A stretch of 64,000 bases of DNA from NCBI GenBank assembly GCA_963716195.1, contig OY970293.1, forward strand, positions 408,462 to 472,461, in the 5' to 3' direction. This stretch comes from an uncultured Solirubrobacterales bacterium (GTDB lineage Bacteria; Actinomycetota; Thermoleophilia; Solirubrobacterales; JBBDJG01). The translations under genes were made by a program, and so were the position numbers. Below, in pieces: positions 53,689 to 62,494 of the stretch (position 1 is its first letter; each line of letters opens with the position of its first letter). Under the pieces are notes generated by a model. It was not told the DNA's origin and did no database searches. It saw only the letters and a program-made list of their open reading frames with translations.

Positions 53689-54516
53689 GTGAGCGATGCC
53701 GAGGAGCCGAGCTCCGGATTCGGGCCGCCCAGCGCCGGGCCCCGGGGGTCGAGCCGCTGGGAGAGGTTTTTCGCCGGCGTTCGGCGAGTGAACAGCAATC
53801 CGAGGATGGTCGAGACCGCGGCGCACTTGCGTCAGCGACTGCCGGGTGACGACCGGGTCGGCGATCGCCTGTCCACCGCACGCGGTCGCCCCACCGACCT
53901 GGCCGTTCGCCATCTCGTCGGGCTCAGAAGCGAATCTCAAGGCGTGATGGGCGAGCTGGGCCTTGGCGCGGTCCAGCTCTGGCAGGCGCTCGCCGAGTCA
54001 CAGGGCCGCGGTCGAGGCGAGGTCGACGTCGCGGTGATGTTCACCGACCTGGCCGGCTTCTCGAACTGGGCGCTCGAGGCGGGGGATGAGCAGGCAATCG
54101 GCCTGCTGCGCGAGGTGAGCGAGGTGATCGAGCCCACGGTCCTCGAGCACCGCGGCGAGATCGTGAAGCGGCTCGGTGACGGCCTGATGGCGGCTTTCCC
54201 GGATGGGCGGAGCGCCGTCGCGGCGGCCCTCGACGCGCACGAGCGGGCGGCCCCGATCGAGGTCGGCGGATATCGACCGCGGCTTCGGACGGGCATCCAC
54301 CTCGGTCGCCCGCGCAAGCTCGGCGGCGACTACTTTGGGGTCGACGTCAACATCGCGGCCCGCCTCGCCGAGGCCGCCAGGCCGGACGAGATCCTGGTCT
54401 CCGAGAGCACACTCCCGGGGCTCGACACAGACGGGGTGAAGACGAGGAGGCGCCGCTTTCAGGCCAAGGGCGCGCCGAAGGACCTCGCCGCGCATTCGGT
54501 AGAGCGCGCAGCGTAA
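53689..54516 (+). CDS. Class III adenylate/guanylate cyclase domain protein
   Basis: ..VAVMFTDLAGFSNWAL..IVKRLGDGLMAAF..GIHLGRPRKLGGDYFGVDVNIAARLAEAA... The start could instead be ATG 53946. Confidence 0.75.
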   Translation: MSDAEEPSSGFGPPSAGPRGSSRWERFFAGVRRVNSNPRMVETAAHLRQRLPGDDRVGDRLSTARGRPTDLAVRHLVGLRSESQGVMGELGLGAVQLWQALAESQGRGRGEVDVAVMFTDLAGFSNWALEAGDEQAIGLLREVSEVIEPTVLEHRGEIVKRLGDGLMAAFPDGRSAVAAALDAHERAAPIEVGGYRPRLRTGIHLGRPRKLGGDYFGVDVNIAARLAEAARPDEILVSESTLPGLDTDGVKTRRRRFQAKGAPKDLAAHSVERAA

Positions 54517-54566
54517 GCACCCGCACAAGGCCTCGGCTGACCGAATCCCGTCGTCAACCTTTACTT

Positions 54567-55040
54567 GTGTGTTCGGCATCTGACGACGAGTTGAAGGAGC
54601 GACTTGCTGCGGAGCAACGCGCCGTTCCCTTCCTGATCTACCACGACGCGAGCGGAAAGCAGAACATCTACACGCTCGACGGCACTATCTCGCGCAGCGT
54701 CCTCATCGGTCGTGAGTCGACGACGGGCCTCCTGCTCGATTGGGATCCGGAGGTCTCGCGCATTCACGCCGAGCTCGAGCGTATCGGCGAGGGCTGGGCA
54801 CTCGTTGACGACGGCCTATCCAGCAACGGCTCCTACGTGAACGGAGAACTCGTGAATGGCCGCCATCGCCTGCAAGATGGCGACAATCTGCAGTTCGGTG
54901 ACACCACTGTGCTCTACCGCGCTCCTGTCGATCACAAGTCGAGACTAAGTGCGATCTCCGACTCCCGTCCGCGGGCCGGAGTCTTAAACGAGAAGCGGAC
55001 TATTGGACCATCACTTACGAGGGACAGGTCCTTCGGCTGA
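54567..55040 (+). CDS. FHA domain protein
   Basis: ..VLIGRESTTGLLLDWDPEVSRIHAELERIGEGWALVDDGLSSNGSYVNGELV..LQDGDNLQFGDTTVLY... Confidence 0.75.
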   Translation: MCSASDDELKERLAAEQRAVPFLIYHDASGKQNIYTLDGTISRSVLIGRESTTGLLLDWDPEVSRIHAELERIGEGWALVDDGLSSNGSYVNGELVNGRHRLQDGDNLQFGDTTVLYRAPVDHKSRLSAISDSRPRAGVLNEKRTIGPSLTRDRSFG

Positions 55041-55525
55041 AGGACAGCAAGGGCCTGCGCTACCTCGCCGAGTTGCTTCATCGCCCCGGCATCGAGTTTC
55101 ACGTCCTCGATCTGGTAGGCGCCGGGGCAGCCAGCCGCGGACTGGGCGACGCCGGCGAGGTCCTCGACTCGAAGGCGAGGGCGCAGTACAAGGAGCGGCT
55201 CGAGGACCTACAGGAAAAGCTTCGGGAGGCAGAGTCCTTCAACGACGTTGAGAGTGCTTCAAGCGCACGACAGGAAATCGAGTTCCTAACGCAGGAGCTC
55301 GCCCGCGCGGTCGGCCTCGAGGGCCGAGATCGCAGGGCAGCCTCTCCCGCCGAGCGTGCGCGGGTGAGCGTGACCAAAGCAATCAGGCAGGCCGAGCGAA
55401 GGATTGCGGAGAGTCACTCCGACCTGGGTAATTACTTGAGCGCCACGATCCGTACGGGTGCGTTTTGCTCCTACCTTCCCGAACTAGGGGCTCCAATCTT
55501 GTGGGAGGTATCAACGACGCGTTAG
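54989..55525 (+). CDS. Conserved actinobacterial domain protein (YWTITYEG..LKDSKGLRYLA.. type); 5' end unresolved, possibly once fused to the FHA gene
   Basis: In the frame of ORF 55073-55525 the conserved sequence starts earlier: READYWTITYEGQVLRLKDSKGLRYLAELLHRPGIEFHVLDLVG..AESFND..QEIEFLTQELARAVGLEGRDRRAASPAERARVSVTKAI..TGAFCSY. There is no ATG/GTG/TTG upstream of 55073 in that frame. Confidence 0.5.
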   Translation, partial: READYWTITYEGQVLRLKDSKGLRYLAELLHRPGIEFHVLDLVGAGAASRGLGDAGEVLDSKARAQYKERLEDLQEKLREAESFNDVESASSARQEIEFLTQELARAVGLEGRDRRAASPAERARVSVTKAIRQAERRIAESHSDLGNYLSATIRTGAFCSYLPELGAPILWEVSTTR

Positions 55526-55584
55526 GTCGGATACGTGGCTCAGATCTCGATTGGCTCACATGGCGCCAGTGCTGCGTGACGCGG

Positions 55585-55995
55585 TTACTTAGTGCATATC
55601 GCTCCAGGCCGCCACTTCGCTTCGGTGCTGCCCAGGTTCTTTACCCCGATGCCCCAGGAAGTCGAAGAGGTACTAACCGTTGTGATCAGAGCGAGATCGT
55701 TCGAAGCGGTGTCGTATTGGCCTCCAAGCGGGCGTGGATGACTGTTCGGGCACGTGACCTTGACGTTCGAAAATTGACCCGCTGCCACCGGCCTCTCGGG
55801 GAGAAAGCCATAGAGGATCTTGATCGTGCCGCTCCTGCCCTTCGGCGACTTTATCTTCCCACCCGCCAGCTTCTGTTTGCTTTTCGGCTCCGACGCGCTC
55901 TGCCCGAGACCCGTCGCGGATACCGCAGCAAAGGTTGCCCCAGCAACGATCAATGCGATGAAAACCGGAAACCGAAGCCTCTTGTAAACACTCAC
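55585..55995 (-). CDS. Small secreted hypothetical protein
   Basis: Leader MSVYKRLRFPVFIALIVAGATFAAVSA. No family recognised. Confidence 0.4.
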   Translation of the reverse strand: MSVYKRLRFPVFIALIVAGATFAAVSATGLGQSASEPKSKQKLAGGKIKSPKGRSGTIKILYGFLPERPVAAGQFSNVKVTCPNSHPRPLGGQYDTASNDLALITTVSTSSTSWGIGVKNLGSTEAKWRPGAICTK

Positions 55996-56189
55996 TGCAA
56001 CTCCCCTCCTCGATGGACGGGCGCGAGCCTAGCCGCGATGATCCGGCAAAGCAACCGCGCGAATGACTCCGCTCGACCCGTTGCCGAGGAGCGGGCGCAT
56101 GGACTGCACCGACAGGCTTCGGATGCAGCGCACGATCTCGGACTCGACGCGATCTCACAAACGGTCGCTGCAGCCGGTTCTGCGTAGTC

Positions 56190-57128
56190 GTGGGATTGGA
56201 GGAGAACAAGAACCTGGAAGCAGAACCTCGACGCGCTGGACGATGTGGCGGACGACGACGTCGCGCGCGCCGCGAAGGGGTGGGTGGGCCCGTTCAGGCG
56301 TTCGTTTCCGGACTTCGACATGGAGATCGTTGACCTGATTGCCGAGGGCGACAAGGTCGTGGCTTACTTCAAGTGCTCGGGAACACACCGGGGAGAATGG
56401 CTCGGCGTCGAACCGACCGGGAAACGCTTCGAGGGCGTGGACGAGATCTACATATTCCGGATCATCAACGGCAAGCTTGCGTCCGCCGTTGCGGTGGAGG
56501 ACAACCTGATGGACGTCATCCGCGTGATCGACGAGTTCTGCATGAACCGCAGCGTGATGGTCAACGTGGGCGACGAGAAGGGCGAGATCCTCGACCGTGC
56601 CGTCCGCCGGGCATCGCCAAAGCTTCTGCTCGAGCTGGGCACCTACTGTGGGTACAGCGCACTGCGCATGGCCTGCGTGATGCCTCCCGACGCTCGACTG
56701 TGCTCGAATCGAGTTCAGCGAGGACAACGCTGCGATCGCACGCCGTATCTGGGACCACGCCGGAATCGGAGACGAGCTGACCGTGGTCGTGGGAACGCTC
56801 GGTGACGGCGGATCGACAATCGACCGTCTTCGGGACGAGCACGGGTTCGGCGAGGGAACCGTGGACTTCGTCTTCGTCGATCACGACAAGGCCGCGGTAC
56901 CTCCCCGACCTCGAGCGCATCCTCGCCGAGCGCTGGCTCCATCCCGGGTCGATCGTGGTGGCCGACAACGTGAGGTTCCCGGGCGCGCCCGACTATCGCG
57001 CCTACCTCGACGCGCGAAAGGGCACGAGCTGGGACACGATCGAGGACCAAACCCATGTCGAGTACCAGTCGCTGATCAAGGATCTGGTGCTCGAGTCGGA
57101 GTACCTCGGCGAAGGGGTGCCTATGTAA
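56190..57128 (+). pseudogene. SnoaL/ester-cyclase-like domain followed by catechol-O-methyltransferase-like domain, three +1 frame changes
   Basis: VGLEENKNLEA | NLDALDDV..FPDFDMEIVDLIAEGDKVVAYFKCSGTHRGEWLGVEPTGKRF..GKLASAVAVEDNLMDVIRVIDEFCMNRSVMVNVGDEKGEILD..LLLELGTYCGYSALRMA..ARL | SIEFSEDNAAIARRIWDHAGIGDELTVVVGTLGDG..VDFVFVDHDKAA | YLPDLERILAERWLHPGSIVVADNV..PDYRAYL... Shifts near 56225, 56700 and 56895. Confidence 0.6.
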
Positions 57129-57398
57129 AGCTCTAGCGAGCGAACGCTGTGCGCGACGTGACAACTCCGCCCGCGGCGCGTTCAGGGAGCGTAGTGCGCG
57201 TGCGCATCGGACCACAGACGCTGCGCGTCCGCGCCGGGTCTCGCGGGCAACTCACCCTGACAGTGCCGCTTGGCCCGGCCAATCCCGGTCAGCAATTCAG
57301 CCCGGGAGTGACCACCCGAGTACAAACAACCGGGGTCTCCTGGCGCGCCGTATCCGGGCCGTAGTCCAGTCGGCGTAGCTTGCGCGGGGTTGAAACGG

Positions 57399-58448
57399 TC
57401 AACACTCAATCGGCTCGGGTGACTCCTTAAACAAGCAGAGCCCCTTTTCCATGTACGACAATTCCTGCGCGATCCAACCCCGCAACTTGGTTCCTGCGGC
57501 CCAGGCGTAGACACCGGGCAACTGCCTGCCGCATCCCAGGCCAAAGCTCGTTGCTCCCAGGAGCGCCCACTCTCCGGACAACTCCCGTGCCATCAACGGT
57601 CCCCCGCTGTCGCCTTGGCAGGTGTCTTTACCGATATCGCCACCGGCGCAGAGCATCGTCTCTCGCTTGATTCGGTAGCCGCTCAGTCGATAGGCATTTG
57701 CGCATTCGGGCGTCGTCGACCACAAGGGCAGGCTGATCATCAAGAGCTCTGCCGAGGACTCACCATTCTCCGAGGTCAGTCCCCATCCAATCGCCCAGGC
57801 CTGGGGCGGATGCTGCCTGAGCGCATGACTTAGCAAGTCGGTGGAGGCCACCGCTGGGAAAGCTATCCCGGGAGCATCCTTGACGAGGTAGAGCAGACCC
57901 ACGTCGTTTCCGGTTTCGACACCACGGTACTCCGGGTGGGGCACCACCCTCTTTACGCCGATTTCCTGACCGGTCGAGAGGTCGTTGAGATTTTGCCGCC
58001 CGACGAGCACGCGGACGTCGTCGCCTTCCAGTTGTGCTCCGCCTGTGAACAGGCAGTGACTGGCGGTCACCACGACACGCCGAGAGACGAGCGTGCCGCC
58101 GCAAAACTGCCGTTCCCGGTTGTCCGTCGCGAGCGACTTGGCGCGCATGAGAGCCACGGTCCAGGGCCAGTCGAGGTTCGGTGCCTCCTCGCCGCCGATG
58201 ATCCTTGGCTCGATGCCTCCTGCCAGCGGGTGGTTGCCGCCGCCGGCGCAGCCCGAATTCGGAATCCCGATCGGGTCCGTGAGGTCACAGGGCTTGTCCC
58301 TGCCGAACGGAACCGTGTCGGCAAGCTCTTCGTCCTTCTCGGTCGTGGCGGCGCCCAAAACGCCCAGCGCGGTTCCTGCGCCCAGGGCGCAGCAGAGGGT
58401 GGCGACCCCCAAAACCACCAGAGCCGAACGACGGATTCCAGTGAACAT
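57399..58448 (-). CDS. Secreted trypsin-like (S1) serine protease
   Basis: ..RIIGGEEAPNLDWPWTVAL..VVTASHC..NDVGLLYL..DTCQGDSGGPLM.. (His, Asp, Ser triad). N-terminal signal peptide. Confidence 0.9.
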   Translation of the reverse strand: MFTGIRRSALVVLGVATLCCALGAGTALGVLGAATTEKDEELADTVPFGRDKPCDLTDPIGIPNSGCAGGGNHPLAGGIEPRIIGGEEAPNLDWPWTVALMRAKSLATDNRERQFCGGTLVSRRVVVTASHCLFTGGAQLEGDDVRVLVGRQNLNDLSTGQEIGVKRVVPHPEYRGVETGNDVGLLYLVKDAPGIAFPAVASTDLLSHALRQHPPQAWAIGWGLTSENGESSAELLMISLPLWSTTPECANAYRLSGYRIKRETMLCAGGDIGKDTCQGDSGGPLMARELSGEWALLGATSFGLGCGRQLPGVYAWAAGTKLRGWIAQELSYMEKGLCLFKESPEPIEC

Positions 58449-58458
58449 CGCCAGGCCT

Positions 58459-59091
58459 TTATTTCGGGAGATGCCCGAGCAGCTCGTTCAGGCGATTCCA
58501 GGTCTCGTCCGTCTGCTTCTTCTCTCCCGTCGACGGGGCCCATTGGAGCACCACGTTCTCGAACGGCTTCAGTGCCAGCCAGTATCGCTGGACCGAGCCA
58601 TCCTCAAGGTGCTCTTCGTGGAACTCCCAGTAGACGCCTGCGGCGTCCGGTTTAATCTTGTTGCCGGCGTCATCCGTCAGCAGAGAGTCCAGAAACGGGC
58701 GCTCATAGGCAACGGCGATCGTGAAGATGCCGTACCGTCCGATTAGCTGCTCGATCCGCTTAGCAGCTTTCTTCCTGTCGAGAAGTACCAGGCTGCTGAG
58801 GTCGTCCTCGTACACTTTCAGCAGCGGCACGTCTGCCCGCGCGAAGATCCGTATCACATCTCGTGGGGTGTGCGGGAACTCACCCGTCTCCCTTTGTTCG
58901 CCCGTGGTACCGCTTCCTTCAGCCGCGCCCCCAACGCTGCGCAGAGCCTGTTCTGTGACGAGCAGCGAACGCGAAGGGAGCTGATCGCTCCCGGAATTTC
59001 CGTCCCCACCGCAGGCTCCTACCGCTGGCGGCATCGCAAGCAGGAAGGCAAGAAGGCTCGCCAGCGAGAGCGATGTCGGCCGCTTACCCAA
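58459..59091 (-). CDS. Lipoprotein, unknown function
   Basis: Lipobox LLAMPPAVGAC. Ends ..ETWNRLNELLGHLPK. Lies between the M14 and S1 peptidase genes on the same strand. Confidence 0.6.
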   Translation of the reverse strand: MGKRPTSLSLASLLAFLLAMPPAVGACGGDGNSGSDQLPSRSLLVTEQALRSVGGAAEGSGTTGEQRETGEFPHTPRDVIRIFARADVPLLKVYEDDLSSLVLLDRKKAAKRIEQLIGRYGIFTIAVAYERPFLDSLLTDDAGNKIKPDAAGVYWEFHEEHLEDGSVQRYWLALKPFENVVLQWAPSTGEKKQTDETWNRLNELLGHLPK

Positions 59092-59120
59092 CGTCCGTTG
59101 CCCTTGCGGCGCTATGCCTC

Positions 59121-59275
59121 GCGACCTACTCCGGGAGCTGTCCGAGCAGAGTGTTCAGACGATCCCAACAGCGCAAGCGCGAGAAGGCTCCGTCCCCAAA
59201 AAGATGTTGACCGCATGCGTCGTCTCCTCAGTAGTTGCCCGACGGGTGACCCTAGTCGCTACGAACCAGCCGCAT
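59121..59275 (-). pseudogene. Short decayed ORF translationally coupled to the M14 gene
   Basis: ATG 59275 overlaps the M14 stop (TGATG). Reading frame: MRLVRSD*GHPSGNY*GDDACGQHLFGDGAFSRLRCWDRLNTLLGQLPE*. Two in-frame stops, and a C-terminal motif like that of the 58459-59091 lipoprotein. Confidence 0.35.
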
Positions 59276-61665
59276 CAAGGGTTGGGGGCACACGGCCGGT
59301 CGACCACGAGCCGCCGGCCATGTGTGATCTCGATCTTCTGCCTGGCAGTCGTGCTAGTCGAGTTCCTGCAGCTGAAGGTCCAGTACTCCTTGGAGTCGGG
59401 GGTCACCTTCTTCCCGCCACTCCGAAACAGCTGCGCTTTCATCGTCCAGCGCGAGCCGGACGCGGCGAAATTGCTGACTCGCAGGAGGTACTGCCCTGCA
59501 GGCGGGTCATCGACGTAGGCGACCTCCGTTTTTCCCGGCGGCGCGGCCGAGTGAGCGACCCTCTCCAGGCGGTCTCCATTCCGGTAATAGACATCGAGGT
59601 CGTAGTCGTCTGGCGTTGGCGCGTCCAGCCTCACTGCGAGCAACTTGGCGCCGTCGTTCTGCGATATCTCGAACGTGCGGTCGAAGCGATCTTGCGGCGA
59701 CGAGGACTTCGTGTTGTCCCAGGATTGAGCACGGCTCGGGCTGTCGGAGACCGTCGGGAGTTTCTGCGTCACCACGATCGGGCGTGTCGACGGATTCACG
59801 TGCCAGGCGAACTGTCCCGAGCTCGGGACGACCATCCTGCTCTGCAGCCTGTCCTCGAAGCGGCTCTTCGTACCCTCAATGCCCAAGGGCGAGGTCTCCG
59901 TGACGAACGTCTTCTCGATCTGAAGAATCGAACCGGACGCCGCGCTGCCCGTGAGCACGGCGTGCCTGGTTGCATCGGCCGTGTTCTCCAACGCGACCAG
60001 GTACGCGCCGCGGTTGCCCTTGCCGGCATAGGTTCCGTGGCCGATGTACTCCTCGACGGCCTCCTCAAACGGAGGATGAAAACGCTCGAGCTCGTCGGGC
60101 CCGGGCCCGATTTCGAACGTGTAACCGAGCCCTCCGGTCGCCCAGTACGTCCAGTCCTCGGTGGTGCCGGTGGTGTCGTACAGCTCGTACCCAGGCTGGT
60201 TGTCGTAGCCGTTCTGAGCCGCCATCCGCTCGGCGAGGTCGTTGGAGACCAGCTCATCCGGAGGCGGCCCCTGCGAGCGCAGCCCCGGTGCCCGCAGCAC
60301 CAGGTTGCCATACGTGTGGTTCGTGATCAGAGTGACGGCCTGGTGCTTCGAAACGAGATCGCGGACGTTGAGCGTTTCGGGCTCCGAGAACGGGCTAGGC
60401 CCGCGGTAGGTTTCTTGCTCGCTCGATACGCTTGCCCCTGGGCCGCCCCAGAAGCCCCCGTAGTTGCGGTTCGGATCGACACCGGCGGACCACGACGCCG
60501 GCAGACTACAGATTCCGCCGCGAGCGCCCTGGCCGTCGACCACGCGACAGTTCTTCCGTTTGTAGGCCAGCTTGCCGAGCGGTGCTTCGCGCGAGAGGTT
60601 GAATCCGTCCGGGTTCACCACCGGGACAACGATCGTCCGGACCGAGTTCATCAGCTCAGTCATGCGCGCGTCTTTGCCATAGCCGTTGACCAGGTCGAAG
60701 GCGAACTCGAGCGCATGCTCGCCGGAGGGCCATTCGCGTGCGTGATGGAGGCCGAGCTGGACGAATACCGGCTTGCCGTCGGACACGTTCGGCTGCTTCG
60801 TGATCTCGAGCCCGTGCACCTCACGGCCCTCATTCGTCGTGTATCGAAGCGTGATCGCCTTCACGAGGTTCGGATTGCGGCGCGCGAGCATCTTCATGTC
60901 TGTCTCGTAGTCCCACAGGTGCCGGTAGCCCGTGTTGCCGCTTGGCAGCTGTGAGCGCTCAATGGAGCGGCGGAAGGCGAGATCAGCACGCGCGTTCGCG
61001 CGGTCCGAGGCTGCGAGATCGTCGATCAGGACCTCGTATTCGAGGCCGGCGTTGGCGAGCTTCTGAGCGTCCTCACTCATATGAATTGAAGGCGGAGTCA
61101 GCCGTGTGAGAGGCGCCGGCGTGGGCGCTATGACGACATCAACGAAGTCAGGCCCTCCGTGCTCGGTGAGGTCCAGCTCGAGGGTGGTCAGGAGATCCTT
61201 CGCGGATTGGGTCGGAGTCCTCACGCGGACGAGCTGGCCCTTCCCGCTGAGATCAGTCGCCGCCGGCTCGAAGTCGACGTTGAGCGCCGCAGTCCGGCTG
61301 GATCCGGAGAGTCGGCAGGCTTGCACGCTCAGCGCCCCCTTGCCCGCCACGAATCCTTCGGCCACTTCCGTGTCTCCGAAGCCCGATGCCGCCGCGACCG
61401 AGCTTCCCGTCTTGCCGTCGAAGAGCGCCAGGTCCCAGTCGCCGCCCGCCGCCTCGAGCCGGGCCTGCACGAGGCCGCGCGCCGGGGGGTCCACTTGCCT
61501 CACGGCGTAGCCGGCCCCAGACGACAACCGTTTCTCGAAACAGTCACGCTCGACGGCAGTGGCGGACGAGACCGTCGCCGACAGCAGTGAGGCGCCGTCC
61601 GCCGGGGCGGGGGGGAACATCAGCAAACCGCCGAGGACGAGCAGCAAGAATCGTCCGGGTTTCAT
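59275..61665 (-). CDS. Secreted M14-family zinc carboxypeptidase with N- and C-terminal extra domains
   Basis: ..VQLGLHHAREWPSGEHALEF..VPVVNPDGFNLSRE..GVDPNRNYGGFWGG..TNHTYGNLVLRAP... PPC-like C-terminal domain ..PDDYDLDVYYRNGD..GQYLLRVSNF... Confidence 0.85.
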   Translation of the reverse strand: MKPGRFLLLVLGGLLMFPPAPADGASLLSATVSSATAVERDCFEKRLSSGAGYAVRQVDPPARGLVQARLEAAGGDWDLALFDGKTGSSVAAASGFGDTEVAEGFVAGKGALSVQACRLSGSSRTAALNVDFEPAATDLSGKGQLVRVRTPTQSAKDLLTTLELDLTEHGGPDFVDVVIAPTPAPLTRLTPPSIHMSEDAQKLANAGLEYEVLIDDLAASDRANARADLAFRRSIERSQLPSGNTGYRHLWDYETDMKMLARRNPNLVKAITLRYTTNEGREVHGLEITKQPNVSDGKPVFVQLGLHHAREWPSGEHALEFAFDLVNGYGKDARMTELMNSVRTIVVPVVNPDGFNLSREAPLGKLAYKRKNCRVVDGQGARGGICSLPASWSAGVDPNRNYGGFWGGPGASVSSEQETYRGPSPFSEPETLNVRDLVSKHQAVTLITNHTYGNLVLRAPGLRSQGPPPDELVSNDLAERMAAQNGYDNQPGYELYDTTGTTEDWTYWATGGLGYTFEIGPGPDELERFHPPFEEAVEEYIGHGTYAGKGNRGAYLVALENTADATRHAVLTGSAASGSILQIEKTFVTETSPLGIEGTKSRFEDRLQSRMVVPSSGQFAWHVNPSTRPIVVTQKLPTVSDSPSRAQSWDNTKSSSPQDRFDRTFEISQNDGAKLLAVRLDAPTPDDYDLDVYYRNGDRLERVAHSAAPPGKTEVAYVDDPPAGQYLLRVSNFAASGSRWTMKAQLFRSGGKKVTPDSKEYWTFSCRNSTSTTARQKIEITHGRRLVVDRPCAPNP

Positions 61666-61762
61666 CGACCGTAGTTGGTCAGTTGAACGCGGTCGCGGTC
61701 GAAGACCACACAGGCAGAGGTGGTTCGGCGCCGGACACGAGCCGTTGTCTATCTCCTCCCCG

Positions 61763-61780
61763 AGCCATTCGGCAACGCTA
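61763..61780 (+). repeat. 18-nt exact copy of an intergenic motif (agccattcggcaacgcta), copy 1
   Basis: Identical to 62957-62974. Flanks are also similar: ttgtct..ctcc upstream, and gtcaa exactly 19 nt downstream in both copies. Confidence 0.8.
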
Positions 61781-61835
61781 AATGACGCGGTGTTCCCGGG
61801 TCAACTACGCGGGAGAATCGCCTGCAGCGACTCCG

Positions 61836-62468
61836 ATGGCCCTCGCCATCAGCGATGGTAGTTTTTGGCCCGCCGTGGTGGATAAGGGAGCACGGTCTGC
61901 GGCGGGGACCCTTGCCGTCGCCTTCGCGATGGCGACCGGCCTCGGGAGCACGGCCTTTGGTGCGAGCCTCGGAGGCCTGGATTCCAGCCCAAGCTCCTAC
62001 CTAGCGATGCAGACGGGCCCCGCGGACTATCCCAAGAGGAAGGGCGGCTTCGGCACGCCCTTCATCGGGATCGGGCTCACGGCGAAACTCAACCCGGCCA
62101 GATCCGGCATTCCCGTGTACCTAGGTTATCCCTACGGAACTGCAAGCTGCATCGGATTCAACCTGCTCGGCCGCCGCCAGCTAGCACTGAGCGTCTCCAA
62201 TGCCCACTTCGACTTGCCGTTTGGAACGTCGTTTCAGTGGAGGTCCAGGGTCCAGGTTTATGGCCAACGGTGGCAGGTCCACCCAGCCGGTTTCTTCTGG
62301 CACCAAACCTATACCCCTGAGTCCGGCGCACAGACATGGCTGCTGGCTCCTAACACCTGGGTCCGCTTCCGCATCAAAGTCAAGGGACGCGGCCTCTATA
62401 GACCGGAGATCATCACGTTTTGGGATACAGGCACCAACACTTCGGGAGAGTGGTGCTATTTCGCCTAG
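61836..62468 (+). CDS. Secreted hypothetical protein
   Basis: Leader-like ..AAGTLAVAFAMATGLGSTAFGASL. No family recognised. Start uncertain (61782, 61836 or an internal GTG). Confidence 0.45.
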   Translation: MALAISDGSFWPAVVDKGARSAAGTLAVAFAMATGLGSTAFGASLGGLDSSPSSYLAMQTGPADYPKRKGGFGTPFIGIGLTAKLNPARSGIPVYLGYPYGTASCIGFNLLGRRQLALSVSNAHFDLPFGTSFQWRSRVQVYGQRWQVHPAGFFWHQTYTPESGAQTWLLAPNTWVRFRIKVKGRGLYRPEIITFWDTGTNTSGEWCYFA

Positions 62469-62494
62469 GTGGTGTCTCGATGTTGTGTGGGGCG

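Noticed and set aside
57340-57398. gggccgtagtccagtcggcgtagc.. resembling a tRNA 5' half (acceptor plus D-arm) downstream of the S1 protease gene
   Set aside because: The D-stem and any anticodon stem fail to pair, and there is no T-arm or 3' acceptor. The resemblance is too weak to call.
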